A DNA stretch of 64,000 nucleotides from an uncultured bacterium (GTDB lineage Bacteria; Verrucomicrobiota; Kiritimatiellia; RFP12; CAIWXQ01). The position numbers were made by a program, and so were the translations under genes. The DNA lies in assembly GCA_903916675.1 (NCBI GenBank), contig CAIWXQ010000029.1, forward strand, positions 14,376 through 78,375. The letters are read 5' to 3'. Positions 32,972-42,647 of the stretch are shown one piece after another. Within the stretch, counting starts at the first letter, position 1. Every line of letters begins with the position of its first letter. The notes under the pieces are model-generated. The model had not been told where the DNA came from. It made no database searches and worked only from the letters and a program-made list of their open reading frames with translations.

Positions 32972-33009
32972 CTGTCGGAGGACGACGGCTGCCACTTTGT
33001 GGAACTCTG

Positions 33010-33819
33010 TCAAAAATGCCCCGGGTGCCGCTGGCGCTGGGCCTTGACTTTGGGCTGCTCCAACCCGAGCGCGTACCACTCCTCTGCCAAACCGGCGTTG
33101 GAGAACTGGTTGACGCGGTTGTTGGCGAGGTGGTCGCGGTTGGCCTTGATGACCTCGTTTTCCATCTTTTCACAGGCGCGCACCAGCACCTTATGCGCGG
33201 CCGCGACCTCCTTGCGCTGCACGAGCATCCAGGCGTACAGCGCGTACAGGATCGTCCCCTGGCCGTAGCGCAGGCGACGGGTCTGCTTGTGGAAGAATTT
33301 CTCCGCTGCCGCGGTTTCGCCGCGCACATGCAGGCGGGCCAGCTTCATGGCCGCGGTCATGGGATCCATGAACATGCACTTGGGCATCAGCGCGTCCACC
33401 TTGCGGAACTCCTTGAGCTGGTAGTGGAGCTGCATGCGCAGCGTGGCGATCTGGCGGTCCAGCAGCAGCGTCCAGCGGGCGTACTTCTCCAGAAGCTTCG
33501 AGGTCTCCAGCGCCTGTTCGATGAAGACGCGCTGGTCGCGCTCCAGCTCGAGCTGCGCCTGCTTCAGGCTTCCCGGCGGCCGCATCTGCCAGTGGTTGAT
33601 CTTCTGCTGCGCCTTCTTCTGACCAGCCATCAGCACGTTCTGCACCGCGTCCATGGCGGCTTTGACCTTGCGCCGCAGGAACAGCCCCATTGCAAACTGG
33701 CCGGCGATCACGCCCAGCACCCCCCAGAGCACAATCCAGAGCGTCCGGGCAGCGTGCGTCCACGCCAGCAGCCCGCCAACCAACACGCCCAGCAGTAAAC
33801 TGATCAGAATCGTATACAT
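33010..33819 (-). CDS. Gene X: hypothetical membrane-anchored helical (TPR-like) protein; anchor of the array
   Basis: Two N-terminal TM segments, helical cytoplasmic part, host-like codon usage; start MYTILIS at 33819. Confidence 0.8.
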   Translation of the reverse strand: MYTILISLLLGVLVGGLLAWTHAARTLWIVLWGVLGVIAGQFAMGLFLRRKVKAAMDAVQNVLMAGQKKAQQKINHWQMRPPGSLKQAQLELERDQRVFIEQALETSKLLEKYARWTLLLDRQIATLRMQLHYQLKEFRKVDALMPKCMFMDPMTAAMKLARLHVRGETAAAEKFFHKQTRRLRYGQGTILYALYAWMLVQRKEVAAAHKVLVRACEKMENEVIKANRDHLANNRVNQFSNAGLAEEWYALGLEQPKVKAQRQRHPGHF

Positions 33820-33988
33820 GTGACAATAACCCTCATTTGGCTCAACGTCAGGTATCATGCCGGAACTGCGCGCGTTTTCCAAGCCTGTCTGTCAGCCGGG
33901 CAGGACTCAATGAGAATACGGACACGAAGGAGAGGGAGAGATGAGGGAAGGAAACGAAAGGGCGGCTTCGCGGCTGGCCGAACCGGCC

Positions 33989-35320
33989 TTATGCCGGCAC
34001 GATGTTGCGGCCGGGCTTCGTGTAGACGCCGCGGGTATCGACGATCAGGCGGGCGTGGCGGCGCAGCAGCTTGTAGTCGAACGCGCTGTGGTTGGTGGCG
34101 ATCAGCACCACGTCGTGGCGGGCAATGGCAGCCGGCGTGAATGGCACGCTGCGCAAGTCGAACCGATGCTCCCGCATGGCAGGGAACTTCGGGAAGTACG
34201 GATCGGAATAGGACACTTTGGCACCGCGGGCGCGCAGCAGTTCCATCAGTTCCACGGCGGGCGACTCGCGTGGATCGTCCACGTCCTTCTTGTAGGCGAT
34301 CCCCAAAACCAGCACGCGGCAGCCGCGGACGGCGCGACCGCGCGTGTTGAGCGTGGCGGCGAGCTTCTCCACCACCCACTCGGGCATGCTGCTGTTGACC
34401 TCGCCGGCCAGCTCGATAAAGCGCGTGTGCACGCCGTACTCGCGCGCCTTCCAAGTGAGATAGAACGGATCGATCGGGATGCAGTGGCCACCCAGACCCG
34501 GACCGGGGCGGTACGGAACGAATCCGAACGGCTTGGTCGAGGCCGCGCGGATCACCTCGTGGATGTCGATCCCCATGCGGTCCGAGACGATCTTCATCTC
34601 GTTGACGAGCCCGATGTTCACGGCGCGGTGGATGTTCTCGAGCAGCTTGGTCATCTCCGCCGCGCGGGTGGAGCTGACCGGCACCACGCGGTCGATGACC
34701 TGGCCATAGAGCGCCACGCCCACGTCAAGGCAGTCCGGCGTGAAGCCACCGCAGACCTTGGGGATCGTGCGCGTGCAGAAGTTCGCGTTGCCCGGGTCTT
34801 CGCGCTCCGGCGAGAAGACCAGAAAGATGTCGCGGCCGATGGTCAGGCCGCGGGCGGCCATGCGCGGCGCCAGCTCCTCGTCGGTGGTGCCCGGGTAGGT
34901 GGTGCTTTCGAGCGAGACGATCTGCCCGCGCCGCAGGTGGGGCGCAAGCGACTCGATGGTGCCGATCACGAAGCGCATGTCCGGCTCGCGGTGGCTGTCC
35001 AGCGGCGTGGGCACACAGATGATCAGCGCGTCCGCGCGGCGAGCCAGCGCAAAGTCGGTCGTGGGTGTGAACCCCTGCCTGACGGCCTGGCGGATGCGGG
35101 CGGCATCGATGTGCTTGATGTAGCTGCGTCCGGCGCGCAGGCGCCGGACCTTTTCGGCATCCACGTCGAAGCCGATGACGTGAAACTGCTCCTCGATGAA
35201 CCGCAGAGCCAGCGGCAGCCCCACGTACCCGAGGCCGACAATGCCGACAACGGCCCGGCGCTTCTGGATGCGGGCGATCAGCTTTTCCTTGCAGGGGTTG
35301 GCCGAAACACGTGCTTGCAT
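33989..35320 (-). CDS. Nucleotide-sugar dehydrogenase (UDP-GlcNAc 6-dehydrogenase, WbpA-like)
   Basis: [56 protein letters not shown]. Confidence 0.93.
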   Translation of the reverse strand: MQARVSANPCKEKLIARIQKRRAVVGIVGLGYVGLPLALRFIEEQFHVIGFDVDAEKVRRLRAGRSYIKHIDAARIRQAVRQGFTPTTDFALARRADALIICVPTPLDSHREPDMRFVIGTIESLAPHLRRGQIVSLESTTYPGTTDEELAPRMAARGLTIGRDIFLVFSPEREDPGNANFCTRTIPKVCGGFTPDCLDVGVALYGQVIDRVVPVSSTRAAEMTKLLENIHRAVNIGLVNEMKIVSDRMGIDIHEVIRAASTKPFGFVPYRPGPGLGGHCIPIDPFYLTWKAREYGVHTRFIELAGEVNSSMPEWVVEKLAATLNTRGRAVRGCRVLVLGIAYKKDVDDPRESPAVELMELLRARGAKVSYSDPYFPKFPAMREHRFDLRSVPFTPAAIARHDVVLIATNHSAFDYKLLRRHARLIVDTRGVYTKPGRNIVPA

Positions 35321-35388
35321 GCAGGTTCCTCGATCAGAGCAATCAACACCGAAAACGCGTTGAATAGTGGCAACGGCAGGCGTGGAAG

Positions 35389-36519
35389 TCAAGGCTGCGG
35401 TGTGGGGTGCAGCGGAGCTGCGGCCTTCTCTGCCAGCACTTCCCGATAGACCGCCAGCGTCTGCTCCACCATCGCGTCGAGCGAGAAGCGCGCGAGAACA
35501 CTGGCGCGGAGGCCGGAAAAATCATGTTGGGAGACCGCGAGCAGACAGCGGGCCAGTGCTTCCGCGTTTTGGGGCGGAAAGAGGAAGCCGTCGCGGCTGG
35601 GGCGCACGATCTCCAGTGCGCCGCCGTGGGCCGTGGCAATCACCGGCGTCTCCATGGCCAGCGCCTCAGCCAGCGAGCGGCCGAAGCTCTCCGGCTGCGA
35701 GGAACAGGAGACGACGACATCGCTCAGCGCGTAGATCGCGTCCACTTCTCTCCTGCTGCCGGCGAAGTGGATGACATCCTCCAAGCCGAGGTCGAGCACC
35801 AGCGCCTGCAGGCGCGTTGCGTAGCGCTGGCGCTTGGGGTGCGTGCCGCCGACGATCACGCCGACGATCGACGGCGCCTCTTTGCGCGCCAGGGCCACGC
35901 CGCGGATGAAGGTCTCGTAATCCTTGAGCGGCGTGAGGCGGCCGACGCTGGTGGCCACGAATTTTCCGACCAGCCCGTGCTCCTGGCGGAACGCCTCGAC
36001 CACGGCGGCGGAAACGCAAGCCGGGTCGAACGCCGCTGCGTCCACGCCGCGATGGATCACGCGCAGCGCGCGGTCCGGCGTGCGGTAGTTCCGCTGCACG
36101 TAGTCACGCACCGCGTGGCTGACGCAGATCACGCGGTCGGCCTGCGTCATGATGCGGCTGTAAAGGCTGATGTGGTTGAACCCGTGCACGGTACTCACCA
36201 CCGGCAGGTGGAGCGTGCGGTTGGCCATGCGCAACAGCCAGGCCGGGACGCGGCTGCGCACATGCACGAGGTCCGGCCGCAATTCCGCCAGCGCCTGCCG
36301 CAGCCGGTGCGCGCGCCCTGGCGCGGTCAGCAGGTTCTTGCTGCAGACATCCATCGTCACATGCCAGCCGCCCGCATCCTCGATCGCCGTGGCCAGCCGA
36401 CCGCCGCACGAGATCACCGTGCTCTGCACGCCGCGCCGGACCAGTTCGCGGTTCATCTCCACGACGCCGCGCTCGACGCCGCCTTCCTGCATCTCCGGCA
36501 CTAACTGGACCACGTGCAT
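35389..36519 (-). CDS. Glycosyltransferase family 4
   Basis: [35 protein letters not shown]; start MHVVQL at 36519. Confidence 0.92.
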   Translation of the reverse strand: MHVVQLVPEMQEGGVERGVVEMNRELVRRGVQSTVISCGGRLATAIEDAGGWHVTMDVCSKNLLTAPGRAHRLRQALAELRPDLVHVRSRVPAWLLRMANRTLHLPVVSTVHGFNHISLYSRIMTQADRVICVSHAVRDYVQRNYRTPDRALRVIHRGVDAAAFDPACVSAAVVEAFRQEHGLVGKFVATSVGRLTPLKDYETFIRGVALARKEAPSIVGVIVGGTHPKRQRYATRLQALVLDLGLEDVIHFAGSRREVDAIYALSDVVVSCSSQPESFGRSLAEALAMETPVIATAHGGALEIVRPSRDGFLFPPQNAEALARCLLAVSQHDFSGLRASVLARFSLDAMVEQTLAVYREVLAEKAAAPLHPTPQP

Positions 36520-36583
36520 GGGTGAGGCCAACATAACACCAACGTGCGCGACGGGGCAAGGCACGCGACAGGCGTCTGTAAAA

Positions 36584-36738
36584 TGCGGACACGAAAAAGA
36601 CGGACACGAAGGGGAAGGAAGCCGGGAAAGAAGAACACGAAGGTTTGGTTGCGGCGCGCTTCGCGCGCAAATCGGTCCTTCGTGCTCTTCCTCTCTGCTT
36701 CCGTTTCTTCGTGTCCGCACTATTCGTGTCCGTCTTTT
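36584..36738. repeat. GGACACGAA-type long imperfect inverted repeat
   Basis: GGACACGAA twice plus AACACGAAGG on the left; CCTTCGTG and TTCGTGTCC twice on the right; central GCGCGCTTCGCGCGC hairpin. Confidence 0.75.
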
Positions 36739-36781
36739 GTACGACGGCTTGGCAGCGGCAATGCGAAAGCGGTAGTATGCG

Positions 36782-37600
36782 GTGGTGAAAGACAAACCGA
36801 CAAACCGGATTTCTGCCACCTTTGCCCGACTGGCGAAGGAGCGGCGGCGCGCGCTGGTCGGGTATCTGACCGCAGGCGACCCTGATTTCGACGCCTCGCT
36901 GTGCATCCTGCGGGAGGCGGCCACGTCAGGGTTGGACGTGCTGGAACTGGGCGTGCCGTTTTCCGATCCCACGGCCGACGGCCCTGTGATCCAGGCCGCT
37001 GCCGCCCGCGCGCTGCAGGCGGGGATGACGGTTGCCCGCGCCCTGGAACTGGCGCGCCGCGTGCGGGAGTCGTCCGACGTCGCGATCGTCCTATTCAGCT
37101 ACTACAATCCCCTGCTCCATTTCGGGCTGGACCGCCTGGCGAGCGAAGCAATGGCCGCGGGCGTAGACGGACTGCTCGTGGTGGACCTGCCACCCGAAGA
37201 GGCCGGTGAACTGCGCGACGCGCTGGCCGGCAAGGACCTGCCGTTGATCCGGCTGGTGGCGCCGACCACGCCGCCGGAGCGCATGGCGGAAATCGCGCGG
37301 GATGCGGGCGGATTCCTCTACCTGATCACCCGCGTTGGCGTGACCGGTGCCGGCACGCTCGACCATGCGCGCGTTGGACGCCTCGCCAAAACCCTCAAGG
37401 GAATCACGCCGCTCCCCATCTGCCTGGGGTTCGGCATCAGCACCGCCGCAGACGTGCAGCAGCTGGCCGGACTGGCGGATGGTGTCGTGGTCGGCAGCGC
37501 GCTGGTGAAGCTGGCGGCCGAACATGCCGCGGATGGACAGGGCGCCAGACTCGTGGCGGAAAAAGTGCGCGAATTGCGCCTGGCGCTGGATGCCGTATAA
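36782..37600 (+). CDS. trpA: Tryptophan synthase alpha chain
   Basis: YLTAGDP, LELGVPFSDPTADGPVIQ, VDLPPEE, GVTG, GFGIS, VVGSA. Confidence 0.96.
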   Translation: MVKDKPTNRISATFARLAKERRRALVGYLTAGDPDFDASLCILREAATSGLDVLELGVPFSDPTADGPVIQAAAARALQAGMTVARALELARRVRESSDVAIVLFSYYNPLLHFGLDRLASEAMAAGVDGLLVVDLPPEEAGELRDALAGKDLPLIRLVAPTTPPERMAEIARDAGGFLYLITRVGVTGAGTLDHARVGRLAKTLKGITPLPICLGFGISTAADVQQLAGLADGVVVGSALVKLAAEHAADGQGARLVAEKVRELRLALDAV

Positions 37601-37606
37601 GGCCGG

Positions 37607-38164
37607 CTACTTCGCCACGCAGATGCGCAGAATGCCGTTCGAGAAACAGGACTTCCACTCGGCCGGATTGCCGGGCGCCTGCGGCAACCGCACATGGCGC
37701 TCCACAGCACTCACCGGGTTGCCGGCCAGATCCCGCACCACAGCCTGCACCGAGACCACCCGGTCCGTCACGGTGAGCCAGATGTCCTCGTCGCGCACAC
37801 CCGGCAGGCTGAACGCCAGCAGATAGGCGTTGGGGCGCTCCAGCATGTCCATCCCCGGCGAGGCCGGCAGCCGTGCCCATTCTTGCGCCTGCATGCCGCG
37901 CCCCCGCCAGACCTCGGCAGCATCCGGCATGGGTGGCGGAGGCGCAAAGCAAACCTCGCGCATCCCTGTGCGCTGGACTGTCATCTCGTGGTGGATGGCA
38001 AAGGAGACCATGGGCTGCATAACAGCTGACACAGGCTCATTGTGCGCATTCTTAGCCAGGACACCCCGGCCACGCACCAGAAGCAAGCACAACAGCAGGA
38101 TCAAGATTCCCAGCGCCAGCAGCGCGTTGAGTATTGCCCAAAATCGATAACTGCCGTAATTCAT
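37607..38164 (-). CDS. Hsp20/alpha-crystallin-domain protein with an N-terminal TM anchor
   Basis: LPGVRDEDI, ERHVRLP, FSNGILRI motifs after a hydrophobic helix; start MNYGSY at 38164. Confidence 0.75.
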   Translation of the reverse strand: MNYGSYRFWAILNALLALGILILLLCLLLVRGRGVLAKNAHNEPVSAVMQPMVSFAIHHEMTVQRTGMREVCFAPPPPMPDAAEVWRGRGMQAQEWARLPASPGMDMLERPNAYLLAFSLPGVRDEDIWLTVTDRVVSVQAVVRDLAGNPVSAVERHVRLPQAPGNPAEWKSCFSNGILRICVAK

Positions 38165-38191
38165 GAAAATACTTTCGGTCGATTCATCTTT

Positions 38192-38208
38192 AGCAGATAA
38201 CACGCCAG
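38192..38208 (-). promoter_or_regulatory. Sigma-54 (-24/-12) promoter for the Hsp20 gene
   Basis: Minus strand CTGGCGTGTTATCTGCT, GG-N10-GC spacing, about 28 bp before the ATG. Confidence 0.65.
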
Positions 38209-38314
38209 TTGCACGTTGACTGGATTCGATGCAAACCCGGAACACGACGACACAGAATGACCCTGGAAACGGAATTTGACAATGCGAACTACCAAGGAAT
38301 CATTTTTTGCAGGG

Positions 38315-38349
38315 GACAAGTTGTCATGCGAGACGCGACAAGTTGTCGC
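38315..38349. promoter_or_regulatory. Tandem palindromic enhancer (UAS) sites
   Basis: GACAAGTTGTC at 38315-38325 and 38337-38347, 22 bp apart; the second extends to GCGACAAGTTGTCGC. Confidence 0.7.
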
Positions 38350-38467
38350 ATCCGCGCTTGACGAAACTCCTGATCACTGGCAAAAAATAAAACGGCACAC
38401 GCATTGCTTGTATACCGCGACGCGTTGCATGGTTATGCGTCGGAATATGAGTAACAGGGTCTGATTG

Positions 38468-38540
38468 GTAGGGACGCCTCTCCGAGGCGTCCGCGGACGG
38501 TTCGGAGAACCGTCCCTATTACGGTTCGGAGAACCGTCCC
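38468..38540. repeat. GTAG-type REP cluster
   Basis: GTAG-GGACGCCTC-TCC-GAGGCGTCC, an inverted GGACGGTTC-GGA-GAACCGTCC-CTAT, and a partial third copy. Confidence 0.75.
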
Positions 38541-38557
38541 GATTGTTGGGTGGGCAC

Positions 38558-39967
38558 ATGAATCGGAAAACCACATTTTCGCGCAAGCCGCGTTTTTCGC
38601 TGATCTTCTGGGCTGCCTTGGTGCTGCTGCTGACCGCCGGCGTTTCCTGCTTCGGGCTCTGGTATTTCAAGCGTTCGCATGATCGCGCGGTGCGCATCAT
38701 GGCCACCGACACCGTGCTGGACCAGGGTGAACAGATGGCCGACTATCTGGCCGAGATCACCCCGCTTTGTACCCTCCCCCTTTCGCCGGAGCAATGGCAA
38801 CGCCTGTATGCACTGATCGACACGCTGCACGCCGCGCAGCACAACCTGCAATTCGTCTCCATCTCGCACAAGGGCACCACCCTGATTCACCGGCAGGCGA
38901 CGGCGCTGGCGGATTTTGCCGCGCCGCCCGGCCGGGGGACAAACGATCCGCCCCGCATCCGCAAGAGCGTAACGCAGCAGGTGCTGGAACTGGGCGGCGC
39001 AGAGGTGCCGGTCATGGTTTTCCGGCGCGAAATCGCACTGCCCGGCGAGGATGGGCCATTCGAAGTCGAGGTCGGCCTGCGCCACACGGCGGTTGACCAG
39101 GAGGAGCGCGCGGCCATTCACGCGGTGCGTTCACTTTTCCGTCTTTCAGTGCTCACGCTCGCGACAGCCTTTGGCGCCTGTCTGCTGCTGATCGTCTGGG
39201 TGGTGCGCCGCGACCGCGTCTGGGCAGAACGCCGCCGCCAGGAAGAACATCTGGCATTCTCCGGCATGCTGGCCAACGGCATCGTCCACGACTTCCGCAA
39301 CCCCATGTCCTCCGCGCGCCTCGACGCCCAGATGCTCGAGCGCGAAACCCGCCGCCCGGAGGGTGCCCGGCCGGAGCGGCTGGCCGAACTGGCCGGCCGC
39401 GTCAACCGCACCATGGAGCGCATGGATAAGATCTTCCAAGAGTTTCTCTATCTCGCGCGCCCCGCGGACGAGGCGCATGAGCCGGTGGACCTCTCCGATT
39501 GCGCCCGCGAATGCCTGGAGACCCTGACGCCGCGCTGCGAGCAGGCCGGCGTGACGGCTGCCGTTGTCTGGGCGGCGCCGCCTCCCCGCGTGCTGGCCTC
39601 CCCCTTCGCGCTCCGCCGCGCACTGCTGAACGTGCTGCTCAATGCCATCCAGTTCTCGCCCCCCGGCAGCCGCGTCGAGCTCGACGCACGCGCCACAAAC
39701 GAACGGGTGGCACTCGACATTCTCGACCGCGGCCCGGGGATTCCCGACAAGGATCGTCGCCGCATTTTCGAGATGTTCGTGACCACCCGCCCCGGCGGCA
39801 CAGGCCTCGGCCTTTTCCTGGCGCGCACCGCCATCCGCAAATGCGGCGGCGAGATCACCTCGCTGCCGCGCGACAACGGCGGCACAGTCATCCGCATCAC
39901 CCTCGATCGCGCCCCGGCAGCCCTAAACCACGAAGTGCAGTCCGTAAACCAGGAACCTGATTCATGA
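38558..39967 (+). CDS. Membrane sensor histidine kinase
   Basis: Two TM segments, H-box VHDFRNPM, N-box NVLLNAIQ, DRGPGI, GTGLGL. Confidence 0.93.
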   Translation: MNRKTTFSRKPRFSLIFWAALVLLLTAGVSCFGLWYFKRSHDRAVRIMATDTVLDQGEQMADYLAEITPLCTLPLSPEQWQRLYALIDTLHAAQHNLQFVSISHKGTTLIHRQATALADFAAPPGRGTNDPPRIRKSVTQQVLELGGAEVPVMVFRREIALPGEDGPFEVEVGLRHTAVDQEERAAIHAVRSLFRLSVLTLATAFGACLLLIVWVVRRDRVWAERRRQEEHLAFSGMLANGIVHDFRNPMSSARLDAQMLERETRRPEGARPERLAELAGRVNRTMERMDKIFQEFLYLARPADEAHEPVDLSDCARECLETLTPRCEQAGVTAAVVWAAPPPRVLASPFALRRALLNVLLNAIQFSPPGSRVELDARATNERVALDILDRGPGIPDKDRRRIFEMFVTTRPGGTGLGLFLARTAIRKCGGEITSLPRDNGGTVIRITLDRAPAALNHEVQSVNQEPDS

Positions 39968-41322
39968 ACCCATCCATCCTGATCATCGAAGACGATCCCG
40001 ACGGCGCGCGCTCGGTCAAGGAAGCTGCGGCAGACGCCGGTTTCGACGTGACCCTGGCCACAACCGGCCGCGACGGCCTGGAGCGCTTCCGCGAGCGCGC
40101 CACCGACGTGGTCCTAACCGACCTTGTGCTGCCGGATATTGATGGCATCGAGGTCCTGGTGCGCGTCCAGCGTCTCGACCGCGAGATTCCTGTGATCGTC
40201 ATGACCGCCTACGGCTCGGTCGATTCCAGCGTCAAGGCCATGCGCACCGGCGCCTACGATTACATCACCAAGCCGCTCGACCTCGACGATCTCCAGGCCA
40301 AGCTGCGCCGGGCGTCCGAGACCAGCCGGCTCCGCCGGCAGGTGGACCGCCTCTCCGCCTCAGTGCGAGATCGCTTCGCCACCACCGCCATGGTGGCCGA
40401 GTCCCCAGCCATGCAACAGGTGCTGCACCACATCGAGGCGCTGGCCGACACCACGGCCACAGTGCTCGTGGAGGGTGAAAGCGGCACAGGCAAGGAACTC
40501 GTGGCGCGCGCCCTGCATGTGGACAGCCGCCGCGCCGTTGGCCCGTTCGTGGCGGTCAATTGCGGCGCCTTTGCGGAATCGCTTCTGGAGTCGGAGCTTT
40601 TCGGCCACGAGAAGGGCGCGTTTACCGGAGCCATGGCCCAGCACAAGGGGGCCTTCGAACGCGCCGACAGCGGCACGCTGTTTCTCGACGAGATCGGCGA
40701 CGCGCCACCTACCGTGCAGGTTAAATTGCTCCGCGCCATCGAGGAGCGTGAGATCCTGCGCATCGGCGGGCAGCAACCGTTCAAGGTGGACGTGCGACTG
40801 ATCTCGGCGACCAACAAGGACCTGCCGGAGCTCGCGGCCACTGGCAGATTCCGCGAGGACCTCCTCTACCGCATCAACGTGGTCACCATCTCCCTGCCGC
40901 CGCTGCGCCAGCGGCGCGAAGATCTCCGTCCGCTGGCCGAGCGGTTCATCGCCAAGGCGATCGAGGAGCATCGCCGACCCATTACCCGGGTGGATCCCGC
41001 CGTCTACGAGCGGCTGCTGGCCTACGACTGGCCTGGCAACATCCGCCAGCTTCGCAACGTGGTGGAGTCTGCCGTGCTCTTCACGCCGGGGGATACCCTC
41101 ACCGCCGGCACGCTGAATATCCCGCCCGGCGCCTCCGGCCGGCAGACGCCGGGCGACGACCTCTACGTCCCGGAAAACCTCACGCTGGCGGAGATCGAGA
41201 AGCGCGTGCTGGAATTGTCGCTCCTCCGCTGCCAGGGAAACCGCACCCTCACTGCCGAGAAGCTCGGTCTCTCACGACGCACCATCCAGCGCAAGATCAA
41301 GGAACACGCGCTGCCGTACTAG
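39964..41322 (+). CDS. Sigma-54-dependent response regulator (NtrC/ZraR type)
   Basis: REC domain, GESGTGKE, GAFTGA, FLDEIG, WPGNIRQL, C-terminal HTH. Confidence 0.95.
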   Translation: MNPSILIIEDDPDGARSVKEAAADAGFDVTLATTGRDGLERFRERATDVVLTDLVLPDIDGIEVLVRVQRLDREIPVIVMTAYGSVDSSVKAMRTGAYDYITKPLDLDDLQAKLRRASETSRLRRQVDRLSASVRDRFATTAMVAESPAMQQVLHHIEALADTTATVLVEGESGTGKELVARALHVDSRRAVGPFVAVNCGAFAESLLESELFGHEKGAFTGAMAQHKGAFERADSGTLFLDEIGDAPPTVQVKLLRAIEEREILRIGGQQPFKVDVRLISATNKDLPELAATGRFREDLLYRINVVTISLPPLRQRREDLRPLAERFIAKAIEEHRRPITRVDPAVYERLLAYDWPGNIRQLRNVVESAVLFTPGDTLTAGTLNIPPGASGRQTPGDDLYVPENLTLAEIEKRVLELSLLRCQGNRTLTAEKLGLSRRTIQRKIKEHALPY

Positions 41323-41356
41323 GGCGGCGGAATGCCCCGCTGGTCGCGGCCGCCGG

Positions 41357-41416
41357 TTGACACACCGGTTCGGTGGGTGTATATTCGAAAGAAATCGAAA
41401 GCAATCGAAATGAATC
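41357..41416 (+). promoter_or_regulatory. Sigma-70 promoter with three 10-bp direct repeats (probable DeoR-family operator)
   Basis: TTGACA-N17-TATATT (41357-41385), then TCGAAAgaaa-TCGAAAgcaa-TCGAAAtgaa. Confidence 0.8.
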
Positions 41417-41447
41417 CCAACTACCGGGCAACCGGCAGGAGGAGCGT

Positions 41448-42647
41448 ATGGCAGGCGCGGCATACCGGATTCTGGCGGAGCAACTGGCAACGCGGGGAGT
41501 GGATGTGGCCGCCGTGCGGGCCGCGCTGAACAAGCAGCGCATCGAGACCCCCTCCTGGGGATACGCGGATTCCGGCACGCGCTTCCGCGTTTTCCGTTGG
41601 CCGGGGGCGGCACGCACCGTGCGTGAGAAACTCGACGACGCGGCCGTGGTCCACCGATTCACCGGCATCACCCCGTCGGTCGCCATCCATATCCCGTGGG
41701 ACCGCCCCGAGGACGGCGACTACGCTGCACTGCGCCGCTACGCGAAGGCCCGCGGCCTCACCATCGGCGCCGTGAACCCGAACGTCTTCCAGGAGGAGGA
41801 ATACCGCCTCGGCTCACTTGGCAACCCCTCCCGCGCGGTCCGTGCCCAGGCGCTGACCCACATCCTCGCATGCTGCGACATCATGCGCGAGGTACGCAGT
41901 CCCGCGCTGAGCCTCTGGTTCGCCGATGGCACGAACTACGCCGGTCAGGACGACCTCCGCAGCCGCAAACGCCGCATGCGGGAAGGTCTCCAGGCTGTCT
42001 ATTGCCGCCTCCCGGCTGGCAGCCGGATGCTGGTGGAGTACAAGTTCTTTGAGCCGTCCTTCTACAGTACCGACATCCCCGACTGGGGCACTGCCTACGC
42101 CCTGTGCCTCGCGCTGGGCCCCCGCGCCCACGTGCTGGTGGATCTCGGCCATCACGCGCCGGGCACGAACATCGAGCAGATCGTGGCCTTCCTGCTCGAC
42201 GAGGGACGATTGGGCGGTTTCCACCTCAACAACCGCAAGTATGCCGACGACGACCTGATGGCCGGGAGCGTCAACCCGTTCGAGCTGTTCCTGATCTACC
42301 ACGAGCTGGTCGCTGCCGGCGCGGCTGCACGGCACGTGGCGTACATGATCGACCAGTCGCACAACATCGAGGGGAAGATCGCGCCGATGATCCTCTCGGT
42401 GCTCAACTGCCAGGAAGCCTATGCCAAGGCGCTGCTCGTGCCGCGCCGAAAGCTGGCCGCGGCGCAGGCCGACGGCGACGTGCTTCGTGCGCACGCGCTG
42501 CTGGCTGACGCCTTTCGCACCGACGTGCGGCCGCTGCTGGCGCAGGTCCGCGAAGAGATGGGCGTGCCCGCGGATCCGCTGGACGCCTACCTCCGGAGCG
42601 GACATGAGAAGCGGCTGGCGGCGGAGCGTTCACGCGGCAGGAAGTGA
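41448..42647 (+). CDS. rhaI: L-rhamnose isomerase (RhaI type)
   Basis: [41 protein letters not shown]; AGGAGG RBS. Confidence 0.9.
   Translation: MAGAAYRILAEQLATRGVDVAAVRAALNKQRIETPSWGYADSGTRFRVFRWPGAARTVREKLDDAAVVHRFTGITPSVAIHIPWDRPEDGDYAALRRYAKARGLTIGAVNPNVFQEEEYRLGSLGNPSRAVRAQALTHILACCDIMREVRSPALSLWFADGTNYAGQDDLRSRKRRMREGLQAVYCRLPAGSRMLVEYKFFEPSFYSTDIPDWGTAYALCLALGPRAHVLVDLGHHAPGTNIEQIVAFLLDEGRLGGFHLNNRKYADDDLMAGSVNPFELFLIYHELVAAGAAARHVAYMIDQSHNIEGKIAPMILSVLNCQEAYAKALLVPRRKLAAAQADGDVLRAHALLADAFRTDVRPLLAQVREEMGVPADPLDAYLRSGHEKRLAAERSRGRK

Noticed and set aside
30020-33163. Diversity-generating retroelement TR/VR pair (duplicated gene 3' end with an RT remnant nearby)
   Set aside because: Differences are not adenine-specific and are mostly synonymous; the RT fragment is attached to group II intron DV/DVI.
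30020-33163. Integrase attL/attR duplications of tandem genomic islands
   Set aside because: Not fully excluded, but no tyrosine or serine recombinase is present, the duplication lengths differ, and each copy is tied to an oriIS-like element.
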